A stretch of DNA of 64,000 nt, taken from the NCBI GenBank assembly GCA_041666185.1, contig JBAYHL010000001.1, forward strand, positions 69,073 through 133,072, written 5' to 3'. The stretch's first letter is position 1; each line of letters opens with the position of its first letter. The position numbers were made by a program, and so were the translations under genes. This DNA comes from Patescibacteria group bacterium. GTDB taxonomy: Bacteria; Patescibacteriota; UBA1384; UBA12157; JAENIV01. The notes beneath the pieces are model-generated. The model worked only from the letters and a program-made list of their open reading frames with translations, was not told the DNA's origin and ran no database searches. Positions 63,268-64,000 of this stretch are shown here, piece by piece.

Positions 63268-63915
63268 ATGCTTAAAAAAATATCTATTTCCTTATTAACC
63301 ATCGTTATCTTATTAACAACTGGATTTTTTATTTATCGCCATTTTGATAATAAAAAGGTTGAGGGCATTCAAGATGCGAACTCAAAAATTATCGGAATCC
63401 CAATAGAATCAAAAAATAAACCCAGCCCTCTCAAGAGTTCGAGCCAAAGCCCTAATCAAAACAATTTAGTTTCTGAAAATAAAAATCAAAATAATACCTC
63501 AAATTCCACACCGTCCTCTACTGCATCAGAGACTAATGATTCTGACAATGATTTTACAGTTCCAAACTACCCAATACCGAGTTATAGCGATGACTATACA
63601 AATTCTTTAATTAATCGAGCCCAAGAAGAAGCTCAAAAATCACATGAGTCCCTACAAAAAGCCGAAGATTGCTTTGCTTTTCAAGCGCAAAAAGATGCCG
63701 AATTTCTTCCACTTAAGCAAGCCATTAGTGAACTTTGGAACCAATACTACAATGCAGACAAGATTGTTGCTGAAAGAACACGAGGCACGGATGTTAATGA
63801 GTCGCAAAGACTTCGATTAGTTGAAGCAGAAAAACAAAAAATAAAAGCCGACATAGATCAATTCCAAGCTGAATATAACAGACTATATTCAAATTACGGA
63901 GAATGCAATTATTAA
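63268..63915 (+). CDS. membrane-anchored hypothetical protein
   Basis: N-terminal TM, S/N-rich linker, coiled C-terminus. Confidence 0.7.
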   Translation: MLKKISISLLTIVILLTTGFFIYRHFDNKKVEGIQDANSKIIGIPIESKNKPSPLKSSSQSPNQNNLVSENKNQNNTSNSTPSSTASETNDSDNDFTVPNYPIPSYSDDYTNSLINRAQEEAQKSHESLQKAEDCFAFQAQKDAEFLPLKQAISELWNQYYNADKIVAERTRGTDVNESQRLRLVEAEKQKIKADIDQFQAEYNRLYSNYGECNY

Positions 63916-64000
63916 TTCTTAATTGAAAAAGGAAATGGCAAATAAAAATAAAGATTTCAAATGTCTTTGTGAAAATCCAGATTGTGCTAAATGCCTTTCT

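Larger units (their letters stand above)
58807..64000. mobile_element. integrative/prophage-like element at tRNA-Asp (continues beyond window)
   Basis: recombinase reads into the tRNA 3' half; followed by small phage-like ORFs. Confidence 0.7.

Overview
AT-rich bacterial DNA in standard code 11. Gene content points to a Patescibacteria/CPR genome: rny, typA, ndk, pyk, pilin-like and surface glycan genes, and scattered tRNAs. This taxonomic assignment is inference. 1-~16.5 kb is an accessory, ICE-like island with a VirD4-like ATPase, a replication-relaxation protein, repeat-bounded fabG/ACP-like cassettes, HNH and PLD nucleases and an XRE regulator. It carries a diversity-generating retroelement (DGR). 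One template repeat (TR, 11431-11553) matches two variable repeats (9658-9780 and 10731-10850) with almost exclusively adenine-specific mismatches. The targets are a MoxR-type AAA+ ATPase with a variable C-terminal domain, encoded downstream of a VWA/MIDAS protein, and a stand-alone paralogue of that domain. The DGR has three odd features: a GIY-YIG ORF looped out by nested inverted repeats inside the predicted TR transcript, avd antisense to and overlapping the RT, and an RT split by a hairpin-(GA)19-hairpin insert that repeat slippage alone cannot repair. 16.5-58.7 kb is mostly core and cell-surface genes, with nine tRNAs, a candidate 6S RNA, tRNA-Glu-derived repeats and a dispersed hairpin repeat family. 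From tRNA-Asp (58730-58806, the tenth tRNA) to the end is a serine-recombinase integrative or prophage-like element containing a candidate pseudoknotted ncRNA. All alignments and counts were done by eye; no database searches were run.
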